NCBI GenBank assembly: GCA_040285825.1
Contig: JAUPSS010000001.1
Coordinates: 1,178,001 to 1,242,000, forward strand
DNA from: Eukaryota sp. TZLM1-RC
Taxonomy: Eukaryota; Protista; Metamonada: BaSk clade
DNA: 64,000 nucleotides
Direction of reading: 5' to 3'
Shown here: positions 59,323 through 64,000 of the stretch, in pieces
How the letters are laid out: every line of letters begins with the position of its first letter
Position numbering within the stretch: position 1 is the first letter of the stretch
The notes under the pieces: model-generated
Database searches by the model: none
What the model was told of the DNA's origin: nothing
Seen by the model: only the letters and a program-made list of their open reading frames with translations
Translations under genes and position numbers: made by a program

Positions 59323-59769
59323 AGGGTATAATGATGGGTGATGAAGTTGACAGGATGTTTGACAGTTCAAAGTTGACCTGGAAGAAGATCAAAGTGACGA
59401 AATTGATGTTGAGTTGACAAGATTCCGATTGAAGAAAAAGTTATGAGAACAACCTATTCTGTGAATGGTTAAATTATTTTAATTTAATTTATTTATATGC
59501 TTATAGATTAGGTGATTGTTTTTCCAGAATATACAATAGTTATTATAAATGATTGTTTCTTGTTATTTTTTTACAACTCTTGAACACTACATTTTTTTGA
59601 TTATAAAACACTAAACTAGTTGTTATCTTTTACGTTCAATTACACCAAACAAGTTGAATACGATCATTTGCTCCATGTATCTTCAACTATGGTGTTTTTT
59701 GAATTAATTTTGGAAGGATGAATGAACTTTATGTATGTAGGATACATACTTAATGCTCGTACTGCTACT

Positions 59770-62700
59770 GCTGATTTAAGTTTTTCCTTATCACACAATC
59801 CTGAAAATGAATTTATAATTGAGATTCCCGATAACATTTCTGACAAAGAAGATCAAAAAGATGACAAAAAAATGTGTTTTTTTGTCAAAAGCTTCTTGCT
59901 GTCAATGATTCTGGTCGACCTTTACTGTTTTGTGATTCCTGTGTTGCTGCTGATCAGCTATGTTGTCCCAATCGTGTTCCTGCTCAGCTTAGTCCGTTGG
60001 CTTCGATACCTTTTGCTGTTGTTCTTCGTGCTTTTTACTGAAAATCTCCGTAAAAGGATTATGGGATGTCACACCGATTTGGAAATTTTTTTCTGAAAAA
60101 AAGATAAAAACTTTTTATCGAAAAAAATCAAATTTAAAAAAATATGTTTTTTCGAAGAAAAAAACTTAGTAAAAAAATTAGCTTTAAAAGAACGTTTTGG
60201 ATCTGCAAAAACAATGTTTATTTTCTTCTGATTTAGCTGAATGTAATGAAAGCACATTGTTCCAATTGAATCATCTTCATCCAGAAGAAAATTTTCATTG
60301 TCCTAAACCAGATTCAGTTGATTATTGGCTGCAAAAATTCTGTCAATGCTTCAGAAGTATTGAAACTGATTCAGCAAATGCCTACTGGAAAAAGCTCCTG
60401 GGCCGTCTTTGTTAAATTTCGACATGTTAAAATCAGCTGTTGGTCAGTGTCCTGAAATTGCTGATGATCTTGTTCTTTTTTTCAACAATCTTCTTACGTT
60501 AAAAATTAAAGTCCCTTTTTGAGATGACCAGTGCTCGCTTAGTTGCCCTCAAAAAAAGTCAATCCAAAATCCGTCCAATTGCAATTGGAGAATCGTTTTC
60601 AAGAATTCTTGTGTCTCTTGTTTTCAATAGAATTGGGAAAAAGCCAAGGAATTTTTTTCAGTCCATTTCAATTTAAAAATCAAGACAATTGATGGTGCTT
60701 CTTCTGCTGCTCTTTCGTCGGATGTGTTTTTTTAATTCTAGTGATTCTAATTACATCTTCAATTTAGATTTTTAAGAATGCTTTCAATTCTGAATAATTT
60801 TTGGTTCTGATGATAGAGGTGATGTATACTGTGATTGGATTGATAATTCTGAAACTATTGTTGACTTTGTCTCATGTAATGTTGCAAATGATACTTTGGT
60901 TCACAGAAGAAAAACTTAATCCTGTGGCTGCTCTGGATTTTAAAGCAAAAGAAAAACATAGAAAATATGATAAAAGAAATTGAAGAGGCAAATGTCGATA
61001 GAAATACACAGCTGGTTTTTTATTGCTTTCCCATTTTCGATAAACGGAAGATTATCAGTTGAAGCAGAAACTTTTTTTGGATGACTTCCAAATAATGGTG
61101 CAAGAAAAAAACAATGAAAAGATTTGATATTTTTTTATGGCGTTCACGGATTCAATTTGCCATTATTAATAGATTACCGCGGTTTTTCAATCGAATAAGA
61201 GAAGCTTTAGCTAGACAGCAAGCAGATCAAGATTTTTGTAGAGGAAATCTTGATTCAATGATAGTCGTCCCATTAGTATTGAGTTAATTTAATTAAGTGT
61301 GCAAATTCAATAAATATATTCTGTACCTCGTTCTTCCATTTTACCTTTGCTGCAAAAGCATTTTCCTGAAGTTGAGCCTTTTTCTATTCATTTTATGGAA
61401 AATCATCCACATTGGTCTATGAAAACTTTGACCTGCTTTTCGTCTTCAGGTGTTAAACAAGGTGATCCACTTGGTCCTTTTTTTCTTTTTGTCTGGCAAT
61501 TCATCCATTAATGTGCGAATTGAAAGAAAAAAATTCCCAGAAATAGATATTGTAGCATATATGGATGACATTTCTGTAATTGCTCCGATTTCAATTCTCA
61601 AACAAATAGCAACTTTTATTCAACAGCGTTATGAAGATATTGGTCTCTCATTGAATATCTCCAAATGTTTGATTATTGGCCATGAACCAATTGATTTTTT
61701 TCATTAACGAGGTCAATGTCCCCTTTATCAATTATGATCAGTCTGGTTTTCGTTTTTGGGTTGTTATCTCGGAAATATTGAAGAAGTCAAAGGTCAACTT
61801 TTTGACTCTGTTGACTCAATTTGGAAATGAATTAGAGTCAATAGAAAATTTAAATATTGGGAAACATTTGAAATTCTGTTTCCTAAAAATTTGTTATTCT
61901 GAAAAATTTACTCATATTTTGAGATTAACATCATTGAAGTTTTGTCGAATTTTTAATGTACAAAGAACCAATTTATTTAGTAAAATTATTGGAAATTGAT
62001 GCATCTCAGTTACGAAGCCACATTTTTTTGTGGTACAAATTTTTGGTGGTGTTGATTTTCATAAGTCAAGCTACCTTTGTAAAGCTGCCTTTATCGAAGG
62101 TGGTAAAAATTTTATTTATGAATTTGTGAATCGTTTTCCTGAAAAAAATTGGTCTCATTGAAAATTGTGGCAGCACTTATCTTATTTCTTTGCAACAGGA
62201 AATTGAAACTCTTTCACCCAATATTTGGTCTCAATGTTTCCCCTCTGGTATTGTGGAACTCCCTCCAAGAAGCTTGCTCTCCTTACCACTGACTTTTTGC
62301 AAAATTGCAGAAAAAAATCTTGAAAGTTTTTAGAAAACTGGGCTATATTGTACGTCTTAGCTTGGCTAAAGAAAAAAATCCCGTTTTTGCAAACTTCTTG
62401 ATTGATCTTGAAGACAGTTGCTCAAGTTGCCTAATTTCCCAAATTCCCAACATTTGTGGCCTTCTACTTAATGATTACCAATGGACCACTGCAATTGGAA
62501 TGAGATGTTTTCTATGGCCTTGTACTTTACCAAATGATTTAATTTGTCGCTGCAAGAGTGTTGTTACGCTTTCCCATATTTTAAACTGTCAGTATTTCAT
62601 AACTTATGGCTCAATTGTTCATGACTCAGTTCGTGATCAATTATATGCCATGTGCAAAAAGTTTCAATATAGAGGCATTTATTGAGCCACTAGTACGTAA

Positions 62701-62872
62701 GCTGTCTTCAGATCAAACTGATGATTCCTTTGGTAAAAAAAGGGCAGATTTAGTAGCTCCAGGGATCGATGGTGTTCTCAATGTTGTAGATGTTGTCTCA
62801 GTTGATGTTTGCAAAAAAATTCTGCTGCTCGTTTAGTGTATTCCGCTGATTCGCCGTTATCTAACGCCGAAA
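59770..62872 (+). mobile_element. Near-complete CRE-like element, family C (many homopolymer indels)
   Basis: C4 motif CFFC...FCDSC, KAPGPS, IRPIAIGE, FKNAFNS, GVKQGDPLGP, AYMDD, CRC...HILNC, VHDSVRD. Confidence 0.85.
60793..61317 (+). mobile_element. Family B 3' fragment nested in the family C RT
   Basis: Homologous to ~24680-25195; TSD ATTCTG (60787-60792 / 61318-61323); the host frame NAFNS|VPRSS is restored on removal. Confidence 0.85.
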
Positions 62873-64000
62873 AAGAAGAAAATTGTTTGCAAGTTATCTT
62901 TAAAAGAATGCCATGGTTCCGCTAAGCAATGCCTGTTTTCAACTGAACTTGTTGAATGTGATGAAAATACTGCTCAACTTAATAAGCTCCATTCTTTTGA
63001 AGTTGTTAAATACCCTGAACCTAATGGAAGCAGAATCCCCTACCTAATTTTTTTTTACCAAAATTTTAATTTTATTTAAAAACCTATAAATCAACATCTA
63101 AAAATCCATCTCTCCCAAAAACACTAGATGCAACTCTCCCATAGTGAGATCCATGAGAGAGCAAAGTGTCAGAAACCATCTTCAACATCCCCTTAAAAAT
63201 TGAAAAACACAATTCTATTTTGCCGAAACAATCTGTTGAAATTTCTGCCAGTTCTTCTCTTTACAATCATTTCAAAATCATCCAAAAAAACGTAAAAGCA
63301 GTTGGTGCCAGTGAACCAAAAAGGGAAAATGCAAATGGATACAAATTGTATTTTTGCATGCTGTAGACTGGCCAATTTGGACAAAAGGTTCATTGTATTT
63401 TTGAGTTTGAAATTTTCAGCATTTGAAATTGAATTATGAATTTCAGAATTTACTAGCCTTTCATTTGAGGCATTACAAAAATCAACAGACATTACATCTT
63501 ATAAAATGAAACTTCCATTTAAACCAGGTAATATGACATCAGCTCTATTATTCTTATGAAAATCATCTTCAGCATCAAACAGACTTGACAACAGAGGTTC
63601 CAAGAAAGATTCAATTCTATGAAATTTACACATACAATATAACTGGTCTCTTGCAGCATCATGAACCTTGTTTCTGAAAGTAATAAAATGTTTACAATTT
63701 AACAAATGAGTAGTTGTAATTTCTCGAGAACATTTACAAATAAAATTATGAGATAAATTATCAGGCCAGATAAAAGGAACGAAATCTCATATTCAGAGTT
63801 CAAGCAGACTCGGTTAAGAGAGTACCATAAACTTGGGGAATTGTTGTTACTTAGGCAGAAGAAGTACTGTCACACATATCTTGTAAAAGATTTGCAAAAG
63901 CGGGATTCTTATTTGGCCAAGCCAGGTCTAACATCAAATTTCAAGCATTCAAAAAAATCTTTGACAATTTTTGTTGAAGCTTTTTACAGCAAAACTGTAA
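62873..64000. repeat. Third copy of the junction at ~42155-43270 (family A 3' part plus flank)
   Basis: Shares most of copy 2's diagnostic variants and its stop codons; differs mainly by homopolymer indels. Confidence 0.85.

Noticed and set aside
52689-62872. Frameshifts as programmed frameshifting, tiny introns or true pseudogenisation
   Set aside because: Most lie in homopolymer runs, consistent with long-read error; cannot be resolved without reads.

Overview
AT-rich eukaryotic chromosome segment. The recognisable host genes (SRP68, MBF1, a RING-kinase-LRR gene, a TRIM-like gene, a GT92-like glycosyltransferase and an RCC1-repeat gene) show no evident introns and use the standard code, which suggests an intron-poor protist (inference). 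From ~4.7 to ~27.1 kb lies a very AT-rich, gene-dense island of giant-virus (Nucleocytoviricota)-type accessory genes: GIY-YIG, a dTMP kinase/5'-nucleotidase fusion, RBR and LRR-RING ligases, DGQHR-HNH, NADAR, two BCS1-like AAA ATPases, a kinase-like gene and a GNAT. I recognised no viral core gene, so the viral origin is inferred. Genes in the island share an upstream AAAATGA motif, and several segment boundaries carry palindromic filler DNA. Six host mobile-element insertions with TSDs hit the island (one MULE, four CRE-like non-LTR copies, one ORF-bearing short retroposon). Removing each insertion rejoins the target reading frame across the site, which shows real chromosomal integration. 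The rest of the window holds fragments of at least six CRE/SLACS-like (RT + restriction-like endonuclease) non-LTR families (labelled A-F here) and a duplicated 3.2-kb mosaic carrying an SRP68 fragment. The most unusual item is a 680-bp polyadenylated, TSD-flanked, RT-less retroposon carrying a 185-aa orphan ORF, present twice. Many frameshifts, especially beyond ~52 kb, sit in homopolymers and may be long-read errors. All identifications come from reading motifs by eye; no database search was run.
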